The notes under the pieces: generated by a model
The model's input: only the letters and a program-made list of their open reading frames with translations
What the model was told of the DNA's origin: nothing
Database searches by the model: none
Shown: positions 50,560-59,924 of the stretch, piece by piece
How the letters are laid out: every line of letters begins with the position of its first letter
Position numbering within the stretch: position 1 is the stretch's first letter
Made by a program: the position numbers and the translations under genes
From: Bdellovibrionota bacterium
GTDB taxonomy: Bacteria > Bdellovibrionota_C > UBA2361 > JAAYZI01
Direction: 5' to 3'
NCBI GenBank assembly: GCA_050950765.1
Contig: JBMNIF010000003.1
Span: 256,001 to 320,000, forward strand
Length of the DNA: 64,000 nucleotides

Positions 50560-51887
50560 TATCTCCTCCTTTCACGTAATACCTGTTTTGCAATTCTAAA
50601 CTGCTGAACAAGTGGAATCTGAGCAGTACAGGTAAACGAACAGCAACCACATTCAAAACAATCGTTAAGATGGTACTTATCCGCCATCTCTTCGTACCTA
50701 TTTTTTCTACCAAGTCGTCCGAGTTGCGATGGATTTAATTTCATCGGACACGCCCTTAAACAATCACCACACCTGATACATGGATGAATTTCATTGTAAA
50801 CAATCTTTCCGCCAAGTTTAGGTCTCGTTAAAACAACGATCCCCGAAGTGCCTTTAGTAGTCGGCGTTCCTAAGTATGAAACAGTTTTCCCCATCATAGG
50901 ACCGCCAAAAATTACTTCGTAGGTATCAGCTGTTAGACCAACGTGTTCCAAGATAAAACTTAGCGGTGTTCCAACTGGAATAATATAATTTCCAGGACTT
51001 TCAACGCCTCCACCAGTTACAGTTACCACCCTTTCAAAAAGACCTCTTTTAGCAGGCACCAGACTGGCTATCTCAGCTAACGTTGTAACGTTTGCACAAA
51101 CCACTCCGACATCAGCAGGAAGTCCACCTGACGGCACTTCACGTCCTAAAAGGGCTTTAATCAACATCTTTTCTGCCCCTTGCGGATATTTCGTCTTACA
51201 AACTTCAACACTAATTCCGTCTACTCCAGCCACTGCTTTTCTCAACGCTGCTATGGCTTCAGGCTTATTATCTTCAATCCCGATAATAGCGCGAGCAACC
51301 CCCAACGCCTTCATTGAATAGCGCACACCAAGAATCACATCCTCAGGACGCTCCAACATAATTCGATAATCCGAAGTTAAGTACGGCTCACACTCGCAAC
51401 CGTTAGCGATAAAGGTATCGACCTTTTTCCCTTCAGGAATGGTGTATTTCACATGCGTTGGGAAAGCTGCACCACCCAAACCAACAAGACCCGCCTCTCT
51501 TATCCGTTTTATAATCTCATCTACTGAAAGATCATCGAGGGCATCGAGTTTAAAATCATCAAATTTTTTTGCAGGCTCTGCGCTCGGCTCAATAAAAATA
51601 GCGGGTGCTAACTTGCCATCCTGATCTAAAGCGTTAGCAAGCGCCTTAACAACACCATTAACAGGAGAAAAAATAGGCGCAGAAACAATCCCATCCGCTT
51701 CCGCTACCATCATCCCTTGCGTAACTTCATCACCGACATTAACAACTGCCTTTGCAGGTTTGCCGATATGTTGTGATAAAAATAAGATAATACGTGGCGG
51801 ATAAGGGAGCCTCTCTATCGCCTTATCAGCCGTTATCTCTTTTTTATCTTCCGGATGAATCCCGTGTGAAAATGTCTTTGTAGTCAT
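50559..51887 (-). CDS. rnfC: Rnf complex subunit C
   Basis: GIHP, QHIG, GLGGAAFPT, NGCECEPYLTSD, KYPQGAEK, two ferredoxin motifs. Confidence 0.96.
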   Translation of the reverse strand: MTTKTFSHGIHPEDKKEITADKAIERLPYPPRIILFLSQHIGKPAKAVVNVGDEVTQGMMVAEADGIVSAPIFSPVNGVVKALANALDQDGKLAPAIFIEPSAEPAKKFDDFKLDALDDLSVDEIIKRIREAGLVGLGGAAFPTHVKYTIPEGKKVDTFIANGCECEPYLTSDYRIMLERPEDVILGVRYSMKALGVARAIIGIEDNKPEAIAALRKAVAGVDGISVEVCKTKYPQGAEKMLIKALLGREVPSGGLPADVGVVCANVTTLAEIASLVPAKRGLFERVVTVTGGGVESPGNYIIPVGTPLSFILEHVGLTADTYEVIFGGPMMGKTVSYLGTPTTKGTSGIVVLTRPKLGGKIVYNEIHPCIRCGDCLRACPMKLNPSQLGRLGRKNRYEEMADKYHLNDCFECGCCSFTCTAQIPLVQQFRIAKQVLRERRR

Positions 51888-51933
51888 AAGCACAATCTTC
51901 TTTTTCTAAAAGAATAATATTTAGATAGTGGAG

Positions 51934-52815
51934 CTACGCTTTCTCACCACCTAACGGAAGTGGTGTTTCACGCTCTATCTTCTTCGCCTTAGCGCCTTTT
52001 TTAAACTCGCCATCTTCCGTATACCAACCGATAGCACCTGTCGGACACCTTTGAATCGCCTCTTCAGATGCCTCTGCCCTCATAGCCACATTCACCACAG
52101 CTAAATTATCTTCAATAGAGATCAAACCTGCCGGTGCATCTTTAACACAGATTCCACACCCTAAACAGGCAACAGCGCACTCCTTCATAGCGTCTGGACC
52201 TTTCGCCTTGTTATTGCACGCAACCCACAATTTATTACTAATAGGTTGTAATGAGATTAATTGTTTAGGACACGCTCTCACACAGGCACCACACCCGACG
52301 CATAACGCTTCATTAACAACAGGCAGGGCGTGGTCATTAATATTGATAGCATCAAATGGACAAGCTTCCACACAATCACCGAAACCGAGACACCCCCACG
52401 GACATCCTTTAGAAGCACCTGCTATTTTAGCAGCTCTGCAACCGTGCAACCCTTCATATTCGGCGTATCTAACAGCTACATTATTTCCACCAGCACAAGC
52501 AACTCGAGCTACCTGTCGTTCAGTTTCTTCAATTTCAATACCAACAATTTTTCCTATCTCAACTAATGCAGCACCTTTTGTAGCAGGACACAGTGTAGGT
52601 TTTTTATCCCCTCTTACAATAGCATCCGCCAAAGCGTGGCAACCGGCTTCGCCGCAACCTCCGCAATTTGCACCAGGTAGGAGAGCCTCAATTTCACCAA
52701 CTCTATGATCTTCTGCTACGAAAAACTTTTTACTCGCGTACGCCAATCCTATGGCGAGAAAAGCTCCTAGAATTAACATCAGCCCCCCCGAGAGGAGCAC
52801 GACATTCCAGTCCAT
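51934..52815 (-). CDS. rnfB: Rnf complex subunit B
   Basis: LPGANCGGCG..GC, CPWGCLGFGDC...CPFDAI, further 4Fe-4S motifs. Confidence 0.95.
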   Translation of the reverse strand: MDWNVVLLSGGLMLILGAFLAIGLAYASKKFFVAEDHRVGEIEALLPGANCGGCGEAGCHALADAIVRGDKKPTLCPATKGAALVEIGKIVGIEIEETERQVARVACAGGNNVAVRYAEYEGLHGCRAAKIAGASKGCPWGCLGFGDCVEACPFDAININDHALPVVNEALCVGCGACVRACPKQLISLQPISNKLWVACNNKAKGPDAMKECAVACLGCGICVKDAPAGLISIEDNLAVVNVAMRAEASEEAIQRCPTGAIGWYTEDGEFKKGAKAKKIERETPLPLGGEKA

Positions 52816-53328
52816 AAAAAGCACCTACATTAAAACAAAAAAAAATCGTTAAAGATAAGATTGTGTTTGATTTTTCAATCTTTTCTCCAACAAGATCCCT
52901 AAAAATACTAAGTCGCAAATTAGTATTACAATAGAAGCATTTACACCCTGCCGCAATATCTCTACCTCTCCTCCGCGCATCCAAAAAACCACACTGTTCA
53001 GGTATAAAACACCTTTTCCTAAAATCGTTTCCCCCCGCCTTCCCCCGTCGTTTTTTCACCTTTTTCAGAATCATTTTCGATGACAAGCGTATCGTAATGA
53101 CGTAATATCTCCCCTTCATCAAAGGTTTGGTTGTTGTATAAGCCCCACGCTGATGGGTTACGCGGTTTAAACGTATATATTGTATAACGTGCCATCACGG
53201 TAAAAGGATTCATAAATATTTTTATTACAAACAATGTTTAAAATTCTAAAGATCAATTCAAACACCTATCACACTAAGCAACCTGTAATACATGACCATT
53301 TTGCAGCTAACATTTGGAAGATACTCCT

Positions 53329-54708
53329 ATGAAACAGATTGCTCTACGTATCATTTTACAAATCCTTATTCTTATCGTTCTACCTGCCTGTTCTACCAAA
53401 ACCTCCGTTGTTCCAACAGGAATGCAAGATGATATCTTTCGACCGGATAAAAAGCAGATCGCTAGAGAGGTCGCTAAAGGGTATGAAGCACCACCAATTT
53501 TACACGCTAAAAATATTTTAAGTAGGAACCTTATAAAAAGCTCTTTATATGAGGTACAAGACACTGTCTATAACGACGGTTTTTTAAATCACTACACCAT
53601 CAAAACGGAATGGGGTGATTTTTATGCGGGTGGCACCCAGAAATTAAAGGTTAGACTGAATGAAATTATTGCGATTGATGCGCTAAAGAAGATTTCAACT
53701 CGTGAAGCTGTTGTTACGAGTGCTAAGCAGAGCGGGAAAGCTATCATTATGGCACCGATCAAAACTGTTAAAACGGTGGGGACAGCTATTTTAAATCCTG
53801 CCGCTACGGCTAAAACCGTTATTAGCATCCCTCTTGGGATTGTAGATTTTTTTAAGGGAGCATCAACAAAAGTTTCCAGCAAAATTGATGATGCTAAAGA
53901 AGAATTAGACGAACTAGATGAGAAAGATACTTCAGACTCTAACATTCGGGAGAAGATAATTGATGCGGGGACGAGTTATGCTAAAGATTTTACCGGTTAT
54001 AACAAGCAAGTAAACGAGATTGAAAAACATTTTGGTTTAGATCCTGATTCAGACAATGAGGTCTTGCGCGATGAGATCGAACGGGTGGCAGGTATAAAAA
54101 CCAGCGTAAGCTTTTCAACGATCCTAATTCCGAAGATCCCCATGATATCTGCCATCAGTCAAACTAGCAGCATTATAAAACGTGTTAATAAAATTTCAGT
54201 TTATCAAAACAAGATAATTCAAGCTCAAAAAGTTCATAAAAAGCTATTAGAGATCGGGATAGATGAAGAGACGATTAGAAGGTTTCAGCGATCATCTAAA
54301 TTAACCTCTTCAATGAAAACCAAGATCACGAACAACGTCCTCTTTCTTGATCACGTAGAAAACAGGATTGAAATTATTAGAACGGCGACTTCATTACAGG
54401 ACTATGAAAGCGCTTGGGTTTATTTACAGATAATTGAAGCTTTACCGGCGCTGCATGAACAGAACCGTTTTGTCAGAGTCCTCTCAGGCTTTCCGACTTT
54501 CGTTACTGCCTCTGGCAAAGCTATTATTCCTTTTCCGACAGATTATCTTTTCTGGACGGAGACGTTAGCAACCATCATTAATAATATTGAAAAGCGTATA
54601 AAGAAAGACCGCACTATTACTTCAGTTGAGGTAAGAGTAAGTGGGAAAATTTCTTCACGAGTCTCAAAAGAGCTAAAAAAGAGGGGGATAATCATCAGAT
54701 CGCTTTAA
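53329..54708 (+). CDS. Hypothetical lipoprotein
   Basis: Lipobox LPAC; long intact ORF; no function recognised. Confidence 0.75.
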   Translation: MKQIALRIILQILILIVLPACSTKTSVVPTGMQDDIFRPDKKQIAREVAKGYEAPPILHAKNILSRNLIKSSLYEVQDTVYNDGFLNHYTIKTEWGDFYAGGTQKLKVRLNEIIAIDALKKISTREAVVTSAKQSGKAIIMAPIKTVKTVGTAILNPAATAKTVISIPLGIVDFFKGASTKVSSKIDDAKEELDELDEKDTSDSNIREKIIDAGTSYAKDFTGYNKQVNEIEKHFGLDPDSDNEVLRDEIERVAGIKTSVSFSTILIPKIPMISAISQTSSIIKRVNKISVYQNKIIQAQKVHKKLLEIGIDEETIRRFQRSSKLTSSMKTKITNNVLFLDHVENRIEIIRTATSLQDYESAWVYLQIIEALPALHEQNRFVRVLSGFPTFVTASGKAIIPFPTDYLFWTETLATIINNIEKRIKKDRTITSVEVRVSGKISSRVSKELKKRGIIIRSL

Positions 54709-54877
54709 TACCTCTCCCACTCCAAGCCTTTTAGTTTTTGATAAATATATCAAGTAAATATGTTATCATTATAAAGACGTTAATTTTTCCCGTTAAACGG
54801 TTTCATATTTAATTATTTTCTGCTATCCTCTCCCGCGCGCTTTGCACCTATCAGGTGCAAGTTGTGACTTTCTTTAT

Positions 54878-54954
54878 GGTGGCTGTAGTTCAATTGGTAG
54901 AGCACTGGATTGTGGTTCCAGGCGTTGTGGGTTCGAGCCCCATCAGCCACCCCA
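54878..54954 (+). tRNA. tRNA-His (GUG)
   Basis: Acceptor stem GTGGCTG/CAGCCAC, G-1 at 54878, C73 discriminator, anticodon arm CTGGA-TTGTGGT-TCCAG, TTCGA T-loop, encoded CCA. Confidence 0.97.
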
Positions 54955-55187
54955 TTCATCACCCCGCAGGATGCACTGGATGCAGGTTTGTGATTCTCTC
55001 TTAAAAATCCCCGCAAAAAGCAGGTAATTCGTTAGTCCTGTTTGTGTTTTTGGGTGTCGGCTGTGCATCCACCGAATTCTTGAATCCTCATTAAATTTCA
55101 GGAAATTTCAGAAATTGGATGCAAAATGGCTGCATGTGCATCAGGGGTGTTTTCTAAAAGTGGGTGCAGAGGATGCAAGCGGGGGGA

Positions 55188-55736
55188 TTAACCCTTTCCA
55201 CCCAGTTTTTGCGGTAGATTCTCTCTTAGCAGCTCAAACTCTTCAGGGGTGAAGGTAAGCTCGATTTCAACCCCTTCTTGTTTACCAGCGTCAGCTTCAA
55301 GAATCTTAGCTTTGAGACTGCTCTCAATCTCTTTCTGTTTTACTGACGGTTTCTCGCGCTCAGGCGCTTTAAGGCGAGTATAAACCGACCAGATCGCATC
55401 AAGCGGTATAGAGTCTGGGTTATTGCGAATTTCAGGGGGTAAAACAGACCAGAATTCTTCATTGTCGGGGTAGACCGTTATGAAGTTGGTAATGACCTTC
55501 TTAATGCGGTTTTTATCAAGGTGCGGTCGCTCTTCGTCTCTGGTCAGCTCAAAAAAGAAGTATTGAACAAGCTGATCTATGACCCTGGCAGAGGGTACTA
55601 CATCAGGGTGGTTCACTAGCCTCGATAGAGCGTTCTTATCGCACCCGCTACCCGCTGAAACCTCTTTCAGGGTGTATTTTCGACCCTTCTGAGCATGTAA
55701 ATCATCTAATAATTTCAATATGTTAAGGCGAATCAT
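55188..55736 (-). CDS. XRE/Cro-C1-type HTH repressor
   Basis: YTLKEVSAGSGCDKNALSRLVN...PSARVIDQL N-terminal HTH; divergent from xis-int. Confidence 0.8.
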   Translation of the reverse strand: MIRLNILKLLDDLHAQKGRKYTLKEVSAGSGCDKNALSRLVNHPDVVPSARVIDQLVQYFFFELTRDEERPHLDKNRIKKVITNFITVYPDNEEFWSVLPPEIRNNPDSIPLDAIWSVYTRLKAPEREKPSVKQKEIESSLKAKILEADAGKQEGVEIELTFTPEEFELLRENLPQKLGGKG

Positions 55737-55765
55737 AGTATTTCAAGAAATTTTAAAACAATGTC

Positions 55766-55870
55766 TTGACAACAACCTATAAATGAGATATTATAATAAT
55801 AGAGGTTAAAACAAAGCAAATGAGAATAACCTCTAATATAATGATAATATCATAGAACATGATTTGTCAA
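55766..55870. promoter_or_regulatory. Face-to-face promoter pair with central inverted repeat
   Basis: Plus strand TTGACA-N17-TATTAT (55766-55794); minus strand TTGACA-N18-TATCAT (55870-55841); TAGAGGTTA/TAACCTCTA at 55800-55808 and 55827-55835. Confidence 0.7.
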
Positions 55871-55895
55871 GGGTTAAAAACTGAGGTTGTTGAAG

Positions 55896-56072
55896 ATGGA
55901 AACAAAAGAACTGCTGACCGCACAAGAAGCCGCAGACATGCTCTCAATGAGCGTCAATGCGTTTCGCATCTTTGTTCACCGCTACGGTAACAAGATTAAG
56001 CGGGTCAAGCTCGGTAAGCGAAAGACCTACTACCTGCGAGACAGCATTCTCGCTCTTCTCGAAGTGGTCTGA
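55896..56072 (+). CDS. xis: Excisionase-like HTH_17 protein
   Basis: LLTAQEAADMLSMS...KLGKRKTYY; GAGG RBS; directly upstream of the integrase. Confidence 0.8.
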   Translation: METKELLTAQEAADMLSMSVNAFRIFVHRYGNKIKRVKLGKRKTYYLRDSILALLEVV

Positions 56073-56119
56073 TCTTTCGCTGGTTTTTGTTCTGGTTTTT
56101 TTGAAGTGAGGTTTTGATT

Positions 56120-57196
56120 ATGGCAATTCGAGCGATTAAAAAAGATGGAAAGACAGTCGGGTATGATGTTCAGGTTTCAGCGCGTCATCCGCTGACCAAA
56201 GACCGCAAATTCTTACGACGAAGAGCAAAGAACAAATGGGAAGCAAGTCAGCTTGAGACTGCTCTGAAGCAAGAGCTTCACGACAAAATCAACGGCATTG
56301 AAATGCCGACCTGGAGTGAGCTGGTAGCTGCTTACGAAGCACACTGTCTCATTAATAAAGCAGCGTCAACCAGACACAACGAGCTTTCAATTCTCGGTCA
56401 TCATGCAAACCCGCATCTGCATCTGAAGTTCGTTGATAAGATCACCGAAGCAGATGTCCGCGAGATTCTCAGTCGGGTGGATTCTGACAAGTCTCTTAGT
56501 CTGAAGCACAACATCAGAAAGTGTTTAGCGAATGTTTTCAGCTACGCAATTGATTGCCGATACATTACTGACAACCCATGCCGAAGAGTAAAGCTACAGA
56601 AGATACCAGAACCAACGCTTAATATTCTTACCGACGAACAGATCAAGATCTTTCTGAAAAAAGCTGAAAGCTCTGGTGCTGAGTGGTTTCCAATTTGGGC
56701 GATTGCAATTTACACAGGTTTAAGAAGCGGCGAGCTGATTGCTCTTCGCTACCGACACATTGACCACAATGCTGGAAAACCAGTTATCAAAGTTCAAGAG
56801 AGCTGGACAAAGCAGGGTGGTTATAAACCCTATACCAAAAACAAGAGAGTAAGAACTGTACCAATCAATAAAGAGGTTCAGAGAATCATCGATCAGCTAA
56901 AAGCTGCTAATCCGAACGACTGCGGTCCTGATGACTTTGTCCTGCCGCAGATACCGACCTGGAAACAGGGTGATGCTGCTAAAGACCTGAGAGCATTTCT
57001 TCAGGGCTGCGGTCTGCCAGCAATAAGATTTCATGACCTTCGTGCTTGTTTCATTTCTCAGTGCTTGCTGCACGGCATTCAGCCGTCAGTGGTAATGAAA
57101 ATGGTCGGACATGGGGACATGAAAACCATGATGAGATATTGCCGACACACTGGTTCTGATGTGATTGGTCAGACTGATGTGTTGGATTTTTCGTGA
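56120..57196 (+). CDS. int: Tyrosine recombinase / phage-type integrase
   Basis: N-terminal arm-binding-like region, TGLRSGE (R), TK (K), FHDLR (HxxR), VGH, RY catalytic residues. Confidence 0.96.
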   Translation: MAIRAIKKDGKTVGYDVQVSARHPLTKDRKFLRRRAKNKWEASQLETALKQELHDKINGIEMPTWSELVAAYEAHCLINKAASTRHNELSILGHHANPHLHLKFVDKITEADVREILSRVDSDKSLSLKHNIRKCLANVFSYAIDCRYITDNPCRRVKLQKIPEPTLNILTDEQIKIFLKKAESSGAEWFPIWAIAIYTGLRSGELIALRYRHIDHNAGKPVIKVQESWTKQGGYKPYTKNKRVRTVPINKEVQRIIDQLKAANPNDCGPDDFVLPQIPTWKQGDAAKDLRAFLQGCGLPAIRFHDLRACFISQCLLHGIQPSVVMKMVGHGDMKTMMRYCRHTGSDVIGQTDVLDFS

Positions 57197-57214
57197 TAAA
57201 CTTTTGGAGTTAAA

Positions 57215-57526
57215 ATGATGAATACTAAATCTGATTTGAAATCATTTATTGAGCACATTGATTCCCAAGCTGACTGTGTTGTTGACGCTGTTTCTGTCGT
57301 TATAAATCTGTGCATTAAGGCGACCAAGGAAATCTATGCGATGAGCGACATAGAGATTGATGATAAGCAGTGTCTATTAATACTTCGAGCATCTGGTAGC
57401 GATGCTCATGGAATCATATATGCTTACAATCGTTTCAGTAATTATCTGTTGGCTTGTAGTAAAGAAGAGCTTTTGGCTCTCAAAGAGAAAGTTGAAAGCC
57501 TCTTTCCAACAATCGCTGAAGGCTAA
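57215..57526 (+). CDS. Hypothetical protein, possibly the 5' part of an interrupted longer gene
   Basis: GGAG RBS; the same frame stays open for about 57 codons after the TAA. Confidence 0.55.
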   Translation: MMNTKSDLKSFIEHIDSQADCVVDAVSVVINLCIKATKEIYAMSDIEIDDKQCLLILRASGSDAHGIIYAYNRFSNYLLACSKEELLALKEKVESLFPTIAEG

Positions 57527-57889
57527 TTCAAACAGATACGAACAGATTATTTTCGCAGATATCTTATGAAGATAGATGCACAAGAAGAAGTAATGTTCTT
57601 TTTGAGGGCACAAAGGAAAGAATGGGAAAAGACATTGAAGTTCTCTTTGTTTGCCTATCAAGAAGCGATTGGCTATGACGACGGTCGCTTTTTATGCTGA
57701 CTGTGATTGCGAGTGTGAATCTGGGGAGCTTTGTGATGAATGCGGCTTATACCATGACTGAGAAGAGTGCATTTCTTGAAAAATATTACTTATGTTTTGA
57801 ATGAAACAGGGGGAAATGACTGAGATCTCATGTCCCGTTTGTATAAATAATGTATAAAAACAAATTCATAAAAAAGGGGTATCCGTTCC

Positions 57890-58504
57890 ATGTCTGATGC
57901 ATATTCCGATCTGCCGGTTCGTGATTTCCTCGTTGAAGCCAAGAGACTTGATCCAAACGACACGCGGCTTGAAATATACGATGCTATTCAAGCCGCCGTG
58001 TCGAAAATGGTTCCATGGATCCATTTGACGATTACAACATCCACAGGCTCGGCGGATGAAGTCCTGATGGAAAGTCTTTGCCGCCGTTTTGCTCATCAGC
58101 TCCAACGGACAGTTCTCGGCATGAGAAAAAAAAGTAAGATTCCAATACTTACAGTTCTGGAAAAAAATCCAAACGGTGCATGGCATGCCCATTTCCTGAT
58201 TGGAAAAATTGAAGGCAGCCAGCGATTGCGAAATGCCACAACTTTTAAACATTACATTCAGAAACAACCATTGTCCGCCGTGGTCAAAATTTTAAATCGC
58301 CTGACTTATTATGACAGCAGCAGAAAAAAGCCGGGAAGAATTGGTAAATCTTATATTAATCCAGTGTATTTTAAGGAGGGCTTAGTTGATTACTTACTAA
58401 AGAAAAGCAAGCTCAATCTTCTTAATGTAGCATGGATGGCTTGCAATATCCGATTTCAAGTGTACGAGGTTTCCGTTTATCCGATATGCGAGAAACTTCC
58501 GTGA
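57890..58504 (+). CDS. HUH-superfamily endonuclease / rolling-circle Rep-like protein
   Basis: Motif I-like IHLTIT, motif II E.....WHAHFLI (HUH), motif III LVDYLLK (YxxK). Confidence 0.75.
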   Translation: MSDAYSDLPVRDFLVEAKRLDPNDTRLEIYDAIQAAVSKMVPWIHLTITTSTGSADEVLMESLCRRFAHQLQRTVLGMRKKSKIPILTVLEKNPNGAWHAHFLIGKIEGSQRLRNATTFKHYIQKQPLSAVVKILNRLTYYDSSRKKPGRIGKSYINPVYFKEGLVDYLLKKSKLNLLNVAWMACNIRFQVYEVSVYPICEKLP

Positions 58505-58724
58505 TCTTGCTGGTGTAACCGTCATATCCAACATTTAGCACGGCTCATTATTCCATAGAACTTGAGTGAGAGGGTTGGAGAATGGATTTTTTTAAAGGTG
58601 ACGAGTCCCTTGTTGGACTCGTTTTTTTTGCGTCTGGGTATTTGGGTAGATAAGAAGATAAACAGTATAGCCAACAGAATGATCCGCTAAATACAGATGA
58701 GATACATAGTGCCAACAAAGGTAA

Positions 58725-58970
58725 ATGACGATGCAAAAAGCCAAATCAAATTACACACAGATCAGATTATTACTTCCAGAGGAATGGGTGCCAGAGCTTG
58801 ATAATCTTGCAGCCTCCAGATTCTTAAGCCGTTTGGGTCTCATACGCTTTTATCTCAGAGCCGGACTGGATGAAGATCTATCACAATTTGCCGAGCACCT
58901 GCGACTTAAAGACGAGCAAAAGCGGATTCATGCACATATCGCCGAACAATTGGAAGATCGGGAGTGGTAA
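58725..58970 (+). CDS. Ribbon-helix-helix (CopG-like) DNA-binding protein
   Basis: TQIRLLLPEEWVPELDNLA...SRLGLIR..L pattern. Confidence 0.7.
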   Translation: MTMQKAKSNYTQIRLLLPEEWVPELDNLAASRFLSRLGLIRFYLRAGLDEDLSQFAEHLRLKDEQKRIHAHIAEQLEDREW

Positions 58971-58972
58971 AG

Positions 58973-59170
58973 ATGTCCAAAAGAATTTCCAAATCAGATG
59001 CACTTAGAATACTCAATGCCGCAGATGCTCTTGAGGTAATTCAAGAGACAGTAGATCGGAAGGAAACTTCAGCAGCTAAAAAATCCAAACTCAACCGTTT
59101 TGCCGCCGATGTCCAAAAACAAATTAATGAAGAGAGAGATGTGATCCTGATATCCATAAAGGTAAAGTAG
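58973..59170 (+). CDS. Hypothetical small protein
   Basis: GGAG RBS; tightly packed between the RHH gene and the next ORF. Confidence 0.6.
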   Translation: MSKRISKSDALRILNAADALEVIQETVDRKETSAAKKSKLNRFAADVQKQINEERDVILISIKVK

Positions 59171-59171
59171 T

Positions 59172-59531
59172 ATGAAAAGCCTCCAGCAGTATATCACAGA
59201 TTTAGAAAATAACGGCGCCGGCGTCATTCAAGAAAGCATTGTCGGCAAGGGGTATGCGATTTCACAGAACCGGGCGCATGGTGCTAGCAAAAATAAACTA
59301 CAGAGTATCGCTTCCAAAATTCAGTCCGAAGCCAGAAAAGGAATATCAGAAGATGATCCTGAAAAGCGCCAGCAGATTGTCTTCACTCTCTTTATTGAAC
59401 TCGGAAACGCGCTTAAAGTTTTGGCAGAGATGTCCCGTAATACAATAAATGTCAGCACTGCCGGAGTGCTTGACCAGGAGAGCATTAAGAAAGCCCTTGA
59501 GCCCATCACCCGGAAAGCCACACGCCGCTAA
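59172..59531 (+). CDS. Hypothetical protein with a T4 internal-protein-like N-terminus
   Basis: Begins MKSLQQYITDLE; helical body; 1 nt after the upstream stop. Confidence 0.7.
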   Translation: MKSLQQYITDLENNGAGVIQESIVGKGYAISQNRAHGASKNKLQSIASKIQSEARKGISEDDPEKRQQIVFTLFIELGNALKVLAEMSRNTINVSTAGVLDQESIKKALEPITRKATRR

Positions 59532-59715
59532 GCCTTCAAAGAATCAAAAACCGCATTATTTCGGCATATTACATCTTCAAAGCGCCGGTAGTCCGAGGCT
59601 TATGCTGCTATAACCCACTAAATCCATTGACTTTTCCATAGTACGATGCTTCAATTAAGCCCAATTCAGTTCTACTAAGATCAATTAGACAGAACCAACA
59701 AAGATAAGGGCATTA

Positions 59716-59922
59716 ATGAAAGCCAAAGACACAGCCGAGCAGTGGGTGTCGGTCGAGCAGATTGCAGAGCATTTGGGCGTTAAGTCTTTCACCATCTACA
59801 AGTGGCTTGAGCGCAAGAATATGCCGGCGCATAAAGTCGGAAGACTCTGGCGCTTTAAGATTTCTGAGGTTGATCAGTGGGTTCGGGATGGTGGAGCTGC
59901 TGAAGATAAGGAAAGGGATTAA
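59716..59922 (+). CDS. HTH_17 (excisionase-family) DNA-binding protein heading the R-M operon
   Basis: WVSVEQIAEHLGV...TIYKW.....MPAHKVGRLWRFK.SEVDQWV. Confidence 0.9.
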   Translation: MKAKDTAEQWVSVEQIAEHLGVKSFTIYKWLERKNMPAHKVGRLWRFKISEVDQWVRDGGAAEDKERD

Positions 59923-59924
59923 GT

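Noticed and set aside
52730..53234. ORFs upstream of rnfB (52730-53122 and 53019-53234, minus strand)
   Set aside because: No recognisable domain or clear RBS, and the first overlaps rnfB; a ~58-aa peptide from ATG 53195 cannot be excluded
54813..55027. ORFs 54813-55016 (-) and 54842-55027 (+)
   Set aside because: They overlap tRNA-His and are spurious
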